A stretch of 64,000 bases of DNA, filler included, from Sphacelaria rigidula (GCA_964200075.2; 7 parts of 7 records of this genome joined end to end with filler, not necessarily neighbours in it); one strand, 5' to 3'. Positions 50,550-63,781 are shown, numbered from the whole stretch's first letter. Translations and numbers: made by a program. The notes: a model not told the origin generated them from the letters alone.

Positions 50550-53500
50550 TGCATTTTTCTTAATATTCATTGCTGTACTCTCCATTCGCAAGAACCTATG
50601 TCCTCGGAAGTCCCGATGGATGTTTTTGTGTGCCTGTATTTTGTGTTGTCATACCGCGAGTGATGGCATGGAGTAGTGTTGTCCGACGATCGGTGTCGAT
50701 GGAAGGGGCAATTGCACGCCTCTCTTCTGAGGACATGTTGCAGTCTGTGTATTGAAACATGGTAACAAACCACAAAGCGTCACACCACATCCATGCAGTC
50801 ATGTCGACGACCTTCTGTTTTTATTGATATCCCGGCTGAGGAGAGCGCGTTCAGAACGTTCCTGGGGCTCCGTGTCTTCGGTCCCCTAGATAACATCAAC
50901 GAGGATTATTCCTCATGACCAACAGCTTACTAGCTGTCTGGTCCCCAACGAGAGATCCAACTCCTCTACTGCAGGACTGACAACCTGTGTGTTCACCACA
51001 CTACTGCGGTACATACATGAACCCAGACTCTACAAGTAGAGCACCGACGCAGCACACGCGATACTGTCGCCGGTCTTCCGTCAGAGCATGCTGTTTTCAT
51101 GGGCAGTTATTGAAATATTTGATTTTCCCGTGGTAACGTGTTCCCACGTGCATGTTTTGTACCTGTGTGTATGTATGTGGGTGTGTGTTTGTGACGACTT
51201 TCGTGATATACGTCATGGAGTCAGTTGTTATTCGTGAGGTAAGTTTCTACAAAGTATGGGTGGGCCCAGAAACAGAACATACTTGGTGTAAGTCACCATG
51301 CAATTTTAATTCATAGACTGCCTCTACGCTCGAAGCCTGACGCTAACACAAGCGGTGTGCACCTTCCCGCTAAAGAAATGCTACACATACGGCGTGCACT
51401 CGTTACGGAGATACTTCATGCAGGTCTTCTGCCCGCCTACTGTATACACGATGCGTGTATATCACGTACAATAATCTTCATTTTGTAGTTGACGGTGAGT
51501 GTACGAAGAATATCATGTTATTTTCCGCTGATCTCGGTTTTGCTGATCGTTGCTCCCTGCGTCTCCTGTGTGCGCTCTCATGTGTGTGTGTATCGCCCGA
51601 TGTGCTCCGCAAATGCAGGCCGTGTTTCGAAGCGTGGATCATGGCAACAAAGGTTATGTCACGAAGAACGAGCTGAAAGAAGGTCTTCACAGAGCTAAGG
51701 TGACATCATGACACACGGGGTGGTTTCGTCTCTTTCTCGAGCGATGAGAAGGGGATATGTGGGGTGGGTCAATTTCATACGTAGCGGCATACAGTACATA
51801 CATACACCATCGGGCGTACGATTTTGTGTCCATATTCTACAATTCGTGAGGGTTCTGCCTGAGTTTTTCCGATATTTTATGATGAAAACTGGAGGAAACT
51901 TGATGTTTGCTGTGCGACCACAATTGTGAAGAGCACGTTCTTTTCGGGCTGCTCGAGTTTCGGAACCTTGATCCGCGAGGAACGTTCTACTAAAGGTTCC
52001 TCGTTATTTTTTCCCCGGCAGCGAGGAGCCTGTCCGCTGATTTGTGTCGCGAGAGGCAGGTTCTCTTCCTGAAGCAGCCTTTTGTGCGCTCCTCACTACG
52101 TTCACAAACTCGATATCGAGCATTCAGAGCATGGATATAACCCCCGCGGGGACCAGTCTTTCGTGGCAAGCACGTTGTTTTTCGCACCTGCGTTATGTTT
52201 ACATTGTCTGGGCGTGCATGAGTCTAAATCTCGGGAGGCCTTTCATGAAAATAAAAACATACAAACATGTCTATGTATATGAATGCAAGGTATGCGTGAG
52301 GATTCGTGTGTTCTAAAGCGGAGTATTGACGAGTAACAACGAACACCAACACTAGCGTAGCAACTGTCATCTTGATCACATGGAGAATATCTTAGGAAAA
52401 AGGCCATGGTATGCAGTGACTTCTCTATCGATTACGTGGTTGTTCCAGCTTTTTGGTACCATCGCAACCGCCACGCCCGGGTGCTCCGACTTGAAATTGT
52501 ACATCTTGAGCCTCCTGTGAGGGCGGAAGGTTAAGGGTTCAAATCCCGACTCGTGCGTTTTTTTTTCTTTCCTAAGGATGACCTACTTCCCGCCGTTGAT
52601 GATGTAACGGCGTGAGTGAAAAGAGAATAACCGAGCAAAGCGCCGGCGCGGTGTGGAAGTGCTGATCCGATCTGCGATACCAAGAGGTAACGCATGTGCA
52701 GTACCGGGTGGAGAGATGTGGATTGATGCCCTGAGACCAAGAACTCGTGCCGACGCGGCGGGGGAGAAGGTTTAACGTATGACCATTAAGACAAGCATAT
52801 CGGTTGTTTCGTGGGTGACATCGAGGTGTCCACGTAGGTAGCCGCTGGACTTGTCAATTGTCGTTCCTGCTCGAAGCCAATGGCCGAGTGGTTTGGTATT
52901 TTCCCCGCTTGTGCCAGTATGGCTGCACGAACGTCTGGTTGCTCCAGAGTAAGAAGTATAGGCTACACAAGGGCAGTCGTCGTGGCGTGCTAGTAGTTAC
53001 CAAGATGATCGTCTGAATTATGGATCCTGTCGCACCTACCCCGGTTTCCCTCAGTGGGAGCTAAATCTCTGGTTATGTGGGCAAGTATGTATTTTGAGTG
53101 GGGTATCATTCTTGGTACCCATGGGGGGGTTATCTGTATGATATCCACGCTTGACTGTTTCAAGGTTATTTTCCAAATCGCTGGTCTCCCCAGCTCCTGC
53201 CCGGCTCCTCGTTTCGGAACATTTCCGCGTGGGTGCTTCGGTGCTCGAGTTGGGTCCAGTTTCTGAAATATGCCTCCACTATTGCCGGACCTCAGCTGAC
53301 GTGTGCTGTGTTGATGTGTTTCCCGTTTACTGTTCGGAATGACTGGCTCTTTTTGTTGTTGTGGCAGGTTGATCTGGGAGAAGCGTGGCATGACACAGAC
53401 ATCAACGAGTGTTTGGAGCATTTGGGCGGCGCCGTCCGTGGGCAAGATGGGACAGACAAGATCGGCCTCAGAGAGTTCGTCGTGATGCTCGCTGTCGGTC

Positions 53501-54681
53501 GCGTGTGCCGAACACAGCGTCCGGTAGGTTCAGACTCAAAAATAGTCGAAGATATTTCGGAGTTTTTTATATTACCTCACAGACGCGAAGAACGATGTGA
53601 ATGCGAAGGGGGAAGCAATTCATGCTGTGTTTGTATATATGTAAATATACTTCCTCTGTCCCATAAGCAAAGGTACCTAAATTTGTACGAGCCCTTAACG
53701 ATGTCCAATGTTTTTTTTTCGTTTAATGAGGTCTACGGTGTTTTTGGGGTCAAGAAAATGTGTTTGAAATTTGCAGCTCGTGCTTGAACCATGCCGCCGA
53801 ACGGCTGCATGAAAGTAGTCGGCCCCAAAATGGCCGTTTTTTGCCCTTTTCCGACAGGAAAAAAAGTGTCGAAAAATTGTTTTTCGATTTTTTTTAATCG
53901 CGTGGGACTTCCTGGCAGCAAGCTCCAGAGAAGGCGGGGGTGATCGAAAAAAAATTGAAAAATATTCAAAAACAAATTCGACACTTTTTTCTCCCTCAAA
54001 TAGGGGCAAAAAGCGGCCATTTTTGGGCCGACTACTCTTTTGCAGCCGTTCGGCGGCATGGTATAAGCACGAGCTGCAAATTTCAAACACATGTTTTTGA
54101 CCTAAAAACACCGTAGAGTTCATAAAAAAAAAAAACGGCCGGACATCGTTAAGGGCCCGTGCAAATTCAGGTACCTTTACTTGTGGGACAGAGCAAGTAT
54201 GATTTTAATTGTTTTGTTAGACCATGGTGGACGAAAACAGTGCGTTGACTCCGCAACGACGTATATGACATGTAAGGAGAGTACAAAAATTGTATTGACG
54301 TGCTGCGTGTGTGCGTGTTTGCGTGTATTTCCATGTGGTCGACTTTATTTTGTTTGTTTCTGGACCGTGTGTTGTTGTTGCCGTTGCTGTTGCTATTGTT
54401 GCCCGTTATTGACGTTTCTCGCCCTGACCTGACCTTGCGTGTGTCGCCCTGTTTCATTCGTGTTACCGAACGCTTGTCACTTTTCGTCATTGTTGTTGCA
54501 TCTCCGTGGCCTCCTGGTGGGTGACGTGTGTTTCCGCCCGGTATCTGATGGCGTTGCCCACTCTCAGCGCTCTACGGTCTTCGCGCCGCTACCACCAGAC
54601 AGTGCTGCTGCTGCCGCCGCCGAGCCCTCGCGTTCACTGGCCATGAAGACGATTGTAGAAGTCAAGGACGAAAACCGAAGG
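49351..54681 (+). CDS. EF-hand / calmodulin-like protein, internal exons 49351-49500, 51619-51699, 53368-53523 and probably 54568-54681
   Basis: All junctions are GT-AG, phase 0: RVSEADQKLASALKELKVQMDEEQSLGEAFSFTKIILKLGTIERMLRRVK|AVFRSVDHGNKGYVTKNELKEGLHRAK|VDLGEAWHDTDINECLEHLGGAVRGQDGTDKIGLREFVVMLAVGRVCRTQRP|RSTVFAP...ENRR. F..VDxxxxGYVxxxEL and IxxxEFVVML are EF-hand patterns. The last exon is less certain. Confidence 0.75.
49830..50280. repeat. Direct/inverted array of GGGTA/TACCC motifs (~180-bp period)
   Basis: cagggtacccagggcatcgaca...aaataccctactct.taccctacc recurs about three times; probably a DNA-transposon subterminal remnant inside an intron. Confidence 0.7.
50484..50546. repeat. 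(CA)n microsatellite
   Basis: About 31 CA units. Confidence 0.95.
53650..54197. mobile_element. 548-bp Stowaway/Tc1-mariner-type foldback MITE, TA TSD
   Basis: ta|cttcctctgtcccataagcaaaggtacc... pairs with ...ggtacctttacttgtgggacagagcaag|ta. Nearly the whole element is palindromic; the ends resemble the Stowaway CTCCCTCCGTCCC motif. Confidence 0.88.
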
Positions 54682-55230
54682 GTGAGTGGGCTTCAGGCCA
54701 CAGACAGGTGGAGATTAGGGAGCATGGTTAGAAGAAAAGCGACAAATGCAGGCAACGAGAGAGACGGAATGCCAGGCCAGGGGGGGGGGGGGTGTATTAA
54801 TGGTCTGGCATGCCATGGGCATCAGGCAATTGGCCTGGCATCCCTACAAGGCCGGGGCGAGGCAGGNNNNNNNNNNNNNNNNNNNNNNNNNNNNNNNNNN
54901 NNNNNNNNNNTTAATTAATTAANNNNNNNNNNNNNNNNNNNNNNNNNNNNNNNNNNNNNNNNNNNNGGGGGGGGTGGGCAAAGGGCCACCCCCAAAAAAC
55001 AAAAAAAAAAAAAGCCCCCCCCCCCCCCCCCCCCCCTCTAAAAAAAATGATTCCATGGTTTCATTCGCTTCACGTGCATAACACAGAAGTAGGGGTCCAA
55101 TCCCTGAGAGGAGACATATTCCAATATTACTATTCGCTTTACATGCATGACACGACAGGAGGGGTGACACACGCAATAGTTTCAAGTGGCATGAACAAAC
55201 GCGAGCAACTTGAACCCTGAAATAACGTAC

Positions 55231-58200
55231 CTCGGTCTGACCGCCTTCCAAGGCTTCCTTGAACACCGTCTCGAAGTGGTTGCGCCCCGCAGCTGTTTTT
55301 GGCCCAGCCCTGGTCTGCACCTTACGGACATTCTCCGAATCTTCGGGAGGCGGCGGGCTGTTGTATGTATGGTCCGTAACAAATGAATCGCACGTGAAAT
55401 TTGTCGGGGACAAGAAAGTAGTCGTCAAGGTGTTGCGGCGTACGATAGATGGGGATAAGAGACAAGGCAAGGACGCACTCTCGCCCTTCACTGGTACAGA
55501 ATGACGTCAACGGGCGCCACTTGATGACCAAGTCTTGCCAGTGAACACGATTGTGCAGCCTGATCGTGGTGCCTTGGCGTAGGGCGGGTAGCTGTAGTGG
55601 CTCAAGTAGAACTTGGTACTTGGAGTATACCCGATATATTATCATTGCAGTTACAACAATCGGGGCAAACAGCGTATCAGGGGAAGCAGTTGTACAGACA
55701 GTATACAATACTACACTGTAAGCAGCTCACCGTCCGTTATGAAGGTACAGATCATTTTTCATTCCTGGTTTCTACCCGGAGTTGTCAAAGGTCACCCATG
55801 AAATCATGGTGATCAGGATCTGAAAAGGCAGAAACACTAGTCGATACCAAGGCGAGTACGCAGGCTACTCATCCCTCTCACCACAGACGCAGTCAGTCGA
55901 GTGGGGTCTCGACAAGTCAAATATATGTTCCTTATATATATACATATATATATGATATATATATATATATTCATATCGTGTACCTGACAGAAGGAGTCTT
56001 TTGCTCCACTTCCCTCTGCTTATTCAAGAGTTGCGCGACACTACTAGAGCGCTTGCGAATAAGCTTCGTTCGATCCCTCGGAGCTCCCGATGGGGCCAGC
56101 TCATCCTCCTTATCCGTGACCTCCACCTGCACCAAAGTTTGAGATGGGAAAAGATTGGTGGGATTTTCTTCACCAGCAGACGAATCCCGGGATTAACCGG
56201 GGAGGTGTCACTCTTAGATATCTCTCAACCTTGACATCCAAATATGCGTGTATAATCTTTCAAAGACGAACCTCGCGGTATTGCCCCGAATATTTCATGT
56301 CAAACACTCGAGGACGTCCCTTTTCCTTCGCAAAATGGTATACGTGACGCGAGAGAGACCAGGGGCGATTTGTATCCCTCACGTGCACCAATTGTGGAAA
56401 AACGGACCGTCAGTAGGTGGGCTTGGAGGGGTGAACACTACTTGCGTACTCGTAAAAATCCTTCAAATCCACGTAGCCATGATCTGAGCTTTCTTTTCAT
56501 GGAAGCCCAGTTCGAACGATAGCATATCGCACGTTTCGCAAACGAATAAACATGGGGATGACTAGCGAACAACGCAATTACAAACACAGAAATGATCCCC
56601 ATCGGCCTCTCATGCAACCAACCCTGACGTGCATTCAAGAGCATGTCAGTGTTTCATAGATAGCACTAGGGGAGCCTCGATTGTAGAGTTGCCGACCACC
56701 CGAACGACCACGTTGCCGACAACAAGCAAGAATTTAGAAATGACAAAGATCTGGAATTCATCCTGATATAGGATCAAGCAGGGAAATATTAGGCACCACC
56801 AGTTTCACTTCACCTTCGGAATCGCCGCAGCCGCTGCTGCTGCAGCAGCAGCAGCAGCCTCTCTTGCAGCAACAGCCTCCTTCGCAGCAGCGGCCTCCTT
56901 CGCGCTCTCGGCTTCTTTAGCAGCAGCTTCTTTTGCCGCAGCTTCTTTCGCCGCAGCTTCTTTGGCTTTTCTATCTTCTTCTGCCTTTTTGGCTTTTTCC
57001 CGCCGCTCCCTCTCGGCTTGGGCCATGGTAGCCTCTCGGGCCTTCTCTTCTTCGGCTCCCGCGGCCTCCACTACACTATTGAAGGCGCTGGTGTTCGTTA
57101 AGACACACGTTTGAAAGGAAGCAACGGCTGGTGATGAGCGACTATGTCCATCCAAGACGTGGGTATGACATATGGTTGTCGGTTTACCCTGGCACGCCTT
57201 GCCTCGACAACAGTTAGTGGCACTACTCTCTCGAGTAAAATCCACGCACAGCCACGATCTTCACCGGGGACCTTGACTATACAGTTGAACTGACGTTGGG
57301 GGGCATTAAATACCTTCCACGCTGGTATCAATTTCAACGATCTACACGCGCCATCTACTCCAAAACAGTGGGGGTTCTCAGTAGTGCCGGTATGTGCCCA
57401 CCACGGACACCGGCACTACTCAGGGAGCCCGGCACTACTGACGACCGTCCGTTCGTACAGTGCTACGCTTGCCCTTCGCGGGACCAACGGAAGCACAAAA
57501 CGGACGAGGACCTTTGTTTCAAGGGGTTTCGATAGGATACGTCACGTAAGGTTTCGGGGTAGCAGAACTTAACCCGATGTTTTTTTGTTCTTCACATTCA
57601 ACTTGATTGATCCTGTTCACACGTTGATCATTTCCTTCCGTACTAGCACAACAGCAGCAGCACGGCCACAAAAGTTGCTCATGCCGAAAAACCTTCCCGA
57701 CCAGAAAAACGAGGACACATCTGCACCCGACGTAACTATGAAGGTGCGGCACTGGTGTGGAAAAAAACTCACGAAAGAGTCCACCGCTCACCAAAAGGAG
57801 TGAGCGAGGAAGAATGAACCACACCCCCTTTCACTTCTTACCGGCTACCGAGACAAGGAGAGAGAGAGACAAATGACCTCGGAAAAAAAACCCACCGATG
57901 CAGCAAACTAGACACGACTCCTCCAGTGGCTGTGCTCGGGCGTAGATGCTACGGGCTACACGATAGAAAACAACATCAGTAAAACAACCACCAGAGAAAC
58001 CACCCATGACTTGCATTAGCCCCCGCATCTCCCTCCTCATTCCGTTGGCAAAAACTCTCTCAAGTCTGCTTGGCGCGTTCGCTTGTTGGCACACGCTGGA
58101 ACCATCTCCTTCCTTGCTGTACCCCTACTGGTGCTTGGTTGGTGGGGGGTAAGGCGTGCGTGAGTGTGTCTGGAACCGGCACTGTTGAGGGTACAAAACC

Positions 58201-61200
58201 GTTCAAACCGACACTACTGAGAGTCATCTGTCAGTAGTGCCGGGCGGCACTACTGCGAGCTCTGGCTGTGCCCGGAGATTTTACCGGCATGATATAGGTC
58301 GTTGGCACTATATTTAGCCGGCACTACTGATAGCCCGCCACTGTATCTTGCATGTGAAGCATGCAGAGAAGCCACGCGGTGTACCGCCCACTACCATACC
58401 TCAAGGAAGCTTTTGCCTTTTCCCCGGCAGCTGCCGCGGCTGCTGCGGTAGTTTTGGCCTTCTCCAGGGCTGCGAGCTGCTGCTGCGACGCCTGCGCCGC
58501 GTGTTTCGCTTGGGTGGCGACCGCCTGTGCCTGGCTCTCCACGACAGACGCCTTACCATTCGCGGCGGCCGACAGCTCGTTCGTCTTTTCTACCTGTGAA
58601 ACCACGTCGCGGTCAACTGCGTGAAAAAAAACGAGCTGATAGACAGGACAACACAGGCGCCTGCCGACGTACGGCAGTGTTTGGCCGCTGGAGCACAATA
58701 CACGCACACATCCAACGTCCACACACCCTCGAAATTCATTCTTGCACACTCAAAAACACTGAAATCCACCGCATGGCCGCGATTGGTAGCTCGTCGGAAT
58801 AAAAGCACAAGACAAGAAGGATGACACCTCTATCGAATATATCGAGGCGACCGAAATAAGATGCCCAACCACGGGGGTTGGATTTGCCTTGGAACTCTCC
58901 CTTTCTGTGCACGCTACCGTGCTGCAACAGGCGCTGGAGACTGACCTCACACTTAGCGGCGGCCTGTTCCGTCCCCTGGACCAGCCCCTTGATCTCCTTG
59001 AAGGCGACTCGTAGGGTTTTGATGGCGGTCTCGAGTCTCCTCACTGCGGCCGCTTCGTCACCGGCTCTCACGGTACGAATGTCAGCGTCCAGCTCGTCCG
59101 CCCTACATGAAGCATACATTAAAAGTGAGGCAAAGCGGGGCAGGTTGGGCATGCTGTACGCTTGGATATTTCGTGGAAGCACATGCACTTGTGCTCGACA
59201 TGGATCACGACAAATGTTCCAATCGGCCTCACTATGCAAGAGGGGTGCCGTAGACACGTAACACAGATGCGTGCTCGAGCAGTTGGCTCTCAACCACGTG
59301 CTGTACAAAGACGATTTCTTCCAAGAACTTGCACGCTGCGTGAAAACAGAGGCCCAGTGGCGAGCTTCTGTAAGGAGATACCATTGCCTACCTGCTTGCA
59401 AGAGGAAAACAAATCGACAACCAGACACAAATGTCTCAAATAGCGTAGTGCTAATGGGACCTTACACGCATCTGGCTGCATGCAGCGTGTGAGCATATCT
59501 CCTGACACAGTTCAAAAAGCTCAGCTTCAGGTACATGTCGATACCCTGGCTATGCCCTACATTTCTTGTCGACTTACTTGGCGGCGGCAGCGCTGATGTC
59601 GGCAAAAGCAGTCTTGGAAGCGGCGGTTACCTTCTCTTTGACCCCCTTGGCGTATTTGCCGATGGAGTCTTCCTCGGCCGCCTTCAACAAGTCTTGCACC
59701 TGCAAGCACAACGCGACCGCAAGTAAACAGTGAACGAGAGATAATGTTCCGATGACAATCCACGAAACGAATCAACAACATAAAATCTCACAATACCCAT
59801 CCATGACCTCATCCCATATCGGCAGTGAAAATTCGTCACAACATCACCGTCATACAATTTCCGACGGGGTCAACCTGAAAAAAAATATGTCATTCAACAA
59901 AGACATCCACATTTTTCAAGTATGCTCACAGAATACGCGTAGTCAATCATCTCCATGTACGGCACATACCTTGGTGGCAGCACGGCCAGCAGAGCGTGCC
60001 TTTTTGGCCACGGACTCGAGCGGTCGCAGATCATCCTCGCCAACGACGGGGGGTGGGAGCGAGCGCCCGGATCTGGTAGAGCTGCTGTCGTCATCCTCCG
60101 AGTCGGACTCTTCCACCACCCTCTTGAAGGCCTCTTCGGCAAGAGCCATACTCCTCTCCACACGATCGAACGCAGCCTGAGTATGCATCATGAAGGCGGC
60201 GGTGCGTTGATCAAGAAACCGAGTACATTTGCTCGGACACCCAAAGGCACCTTGGTCTCTCAGTTTCTGTCCCGTGTCCATGATTTAACGTCTTCCTGTA
60301 TTCTTGGGACGATTTTGATAGTATTACAATATCTCCCCGCGAATGAAGATCTCAAACGAGTGGTGAGCGTGATAGCAGGTAAAAGAGACGAACCGAAATA
60401 TACAGAAATACAGGGAACGATGGCACAGGAGATGACATTCCGCGAAAAGAATACATGAGGCTTTGCACCAGCAGTGCCAGCAGTCGGCAACCTGCAATTA
60501 CTCCGCCCTTCGATGAACACACATACACAAGAGTCGATACTGATAAAGGCTTCAGTGTACGGTTTAGTATTCCTCACAACCCATGAACTTTTGGGGATTC
60601 AGTTTGAGGGCGCTGAAACAGTGACACTACTCTGCACAATAAAGGACGAGATAACCCCGTGCTGCAACGCTTTCTTCCTCACCAGGGCCGACGCAGCGGC
60701 TGCCTTAGCCGCCTGCCGGTTGGCCAACGCCTCCTTGAGCCTGGACAAGATCCATGGGGCCTTCTCGGGGCCAGTCTCGTTGAGAATCTTCTGCAGGGTG
60801 GATATCTGCCCCGCGCGGAAGAAGACACGTGTCCTACCCAACCGGTATGACTCCGGAGGCACCTGCCATGACGTACACATGGATAACCAAAAAATAGCCG
60901 ACGAGTACCGAGCATTGAGGCAACCGCGAAGACTTATACACGGCGTACACGTCATCATCATCATCATTTTGACTTGAAGCTTTTATATGACTATGCCTCT
61001 GTCCGATTCGGTTGCGCCCCACGGGCTACAAGTGCTGGGTAACACACAGCAAAAAAATCAATAAAGTAAGCTCACCACTTACCGTACATGTTCCACTTGA
61101 CTGTCAGCACGACTACGGACCAGCATGGCATGACGACATACGACAAGTGATCGCTACCCTTACCTCAAAGGCCCACAAAATTGAAGCAATAAGAGACGTT

Positions 61201-63781
61201 TCCGGCTCCCCCTCGAAGAGCTTGTCTGCCTCAGCAGCGTTTGGTCCCAAAACCTGTCGAGTTAAAAAATGCCAAAAAGACACAGTCTCCGTCATTCAAA
61301 GTCAAGGGCTTGTGATACTCAGCCCCCCCCCCCGTTCGAAAGTTCCAGCAGAACGAAAAAACGAGGTCATATTTCAGACGCCTTGGGACAGGCTCAGTGT
61401 CTCTTGTTCAAGAAGAGTTAACACGGTCAAGACGCAACGAGCATAGCTGCCGTCAACGTACTACGAGTCGACGAACGCGACAGAATAAGCAACCACGTGC
61501 ACGTTGGTGCTCCAAAGCATCCCGCACTGCCGTCCGCAGCATCTCGGTGTCTGGTCCAACTAATGAATACGAGGTCTAGTTAGCTATCAACTTGTGCATT
61601 TTGAAAAGCGCACCTCCTTCAGGTCACTGTACGTGACACGCGTGGGCATGCCGACCTTGAGCACTTCGCATGTTTGCAGGATGCCTAGGCATTGCAGCTG
61701 GTCCACCACATACCTTTTCCCGAGCACACGAGCACGGAAGCAGGAAAGCGATAACAAGAGAACAACAAGAGAGATGAACAAATAAAACCTGACTTGACAA
61801 CAACTGGGCCATCATCCATCAGTTGCACAGTGAATTGACCCACTTTGAGCAGGCAACAGCGAAGGGAAAAAAGGCACGAGACGCCGAACTGGTCTGGTGT
61901 GGTGAAATGCATAGTCAGCACTCAGTAGTAAAACGCAGGCGCAGCGGCGCTGAGTAAAGGGTGACAGCAAAATAGGAGGCACAGCTATATCACCAATAGC
62001 AATGAGCACGGTCATTACACGGGACACGAACCAATAGCGTAAAACAGCGAGTGATGCGAACCAGTCTTGTGATCGAGTGGGCTCACGCGGGGTAAAGCAG
62101 TCTTGAGGACGCTTTTAAGCAGACAAACCAAAGCAGCCCGCACGACCCTTTTTAGTAACAAATTTGGTATTTAGCCACGACCGGAAGCTACTTGCCAAGT
62201 AAGTTCACGAAAAGCGAATCATCAAACAAGATACATCGCAACCCTATCATGACCAACTTCGCGCGAAGCGGGTAAGCACCAAATCCAAGGGCCAAACACG
62301 CACGTGAGTGCTCAGGAGTGGCGACGAGGTCGCATCGAATCGCTGTTTGGCAAGAAACGACCATCGGACACGATTGAACGGCCAAAATTGAAGAGACGGA
62401 TCCAGTACCACGTATAAGTCAATCACTCTCACTTTGAGCAGTTTACCTACCAACAGCTCCCTTCGCCCATTTGTACAGGGACAGCGGGAAAAGCGCCCAC
62501 TCTTCATCGCAAACAGTGTTGACATCCATTTTGTTTTGGGTACGTCTATCATGTGACGACGGCTGGATCCCTGGGGGGGTCAGTTAAAGTCCGACAATCA
62601 ATCAAATCAACTCAATTTCATACCCTATATATGTACTCACTTGTTGTCATAGACGCCGCACTTCATCTCTGCGTTGGGCTTGATACATCGTACGAAATTG
62701 CACGTGGTGCCGAGCAGCGTCTCGCTCAGGTCTTGCATCGATTTCAGGAAGGCCTTCGCCACGGTGGGCTTCACCAAGCTCTGAGTCAATTCAAGGCAAG
62801 GCAAGGCAAGGCAAGTCGAGTCGAGTCGAGCTGAGCTGAGCTGAGTCAAGCTAGGCCAGGCCAGGCCAGGCCAGGCCAGGCCAAGTCAAGTCACACGTCG
62901 TTACAAAATAAGAGCGTATTTACCACGCAGACGACAGCTACATGACCATTGATCGACGCGTCACGAGAACGTAGCAATTTGAGCCAGCGGGTGACGGCAC
63001 CGATCGTGGAGTTGACCGGTGGCCACCATTCCGCATCCATCCCGTCACTGCGAACCTCAACAACATTTTTGTACTGCAGTCATCGCCGTGCTTACTTTGA
63101 AGATCCACTAGATTTGGACATCAAAATTATGCCCATGATCGCCAGGGACTCGGGCTTCGTCACGAGGAATGTTGGAGACGTGGATACACACACCCATATA
63201 CGCATGAGAGGGTGAATTTGACGACCTGCTCGAGTTGAACACGAACCCACAAGCGAAGCTATGCCAAGTGAAGGAAAGCGAGATGAAAAAGCAGCGGCAC
63301 TCACTCTTCGCACCAGAATGTGGGCGTAAAATGTGGGTCCACGCCAAGTCAGCTCACCTTCTTGCTCGTCTTGGAACGAGCGCCCTCTGCCGCGGGCACC
63401 TCGGCATACGTCAGGGACACTTCCTTCACCACCTATCAAGAGCGAGCAGACGATACAAGCATTTACTTGAATAAAGAAAATTTGCCGGCACGTTTACAAA
63501 TCCACTTCTACACTCCTACAACACAGGCGCAACCCGGTGGTTTAACGATATAGTGCAACTTACTCGATGAGGTCGGAAGGATGTGGTTTTTATCTCCGGC
63601 GGATGTTTTCTTTTTGTTCTGATCCAAGAATCTGATTTCCGTCATTGTATCTCACCGGGTGCGTGCTGGACTGCAAGGTGTCGTTGAACGAAGATGGGAT
63701 GCGGTCCATGTTCTTCTCCACCCAGCCCTTCACCGTGTACTTCACCTTACCTGCGTAGTGCTTCACCCAGAAGCACTCGCG
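55231..63781 (-). CDS. Myosin heavy chain (motor C-terminal half plus tail), 12 internal exons
   Basis: Exons (high to low): 63781-63656, 63432-63358, 62780-62641, 61713-61614, 61253-61164, 60862-60683, 60176-59970, 59699-59578, 59102-58946, 58593-58400, 57075-56814, 56126-55984, then 55357-55231; all GT-AG and phase-consistent. Motor motifs: F.VKHYAGKVKY...W.EKNMD, FVRCIKPN, QLQCLGILQ, YRLGRTRVFFRAG. Gene start lies beyond the window and the end beyond the contig. Confidence 0.95.
57366..58343. mobile_element. ~980-bp non-autonomous Tc1/mariner-like element in a myosin intron
   Basis: TIR cagtgggggttctcagtagtgccgg / ccggcactactgatagcccgccactg|ta; ggcactact repeats cluster near both ends. 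The left flank is AA rather than TA. Confidence 0.6.
62790..62893. repeat. Compound pentanucleotide microsatellite (CAAGG/CGAGT/TGAGC/CAGGC/CAAGT)
   Basis: caaggcaaggcaaggcaagtcgagtcgagtcgagctgagctgagctgagtcaagctaggccaggccagg...; abuts the myosin acceptor at 62781. Confidence 0.9.

Noticed and set aside
49351..63781. EF-hand gene next to a myosin as a light-chain/heavy-chain pair
   Set aside because: They lie on different contigs separated by an artificial spacer, so the adjacency is meaningless.
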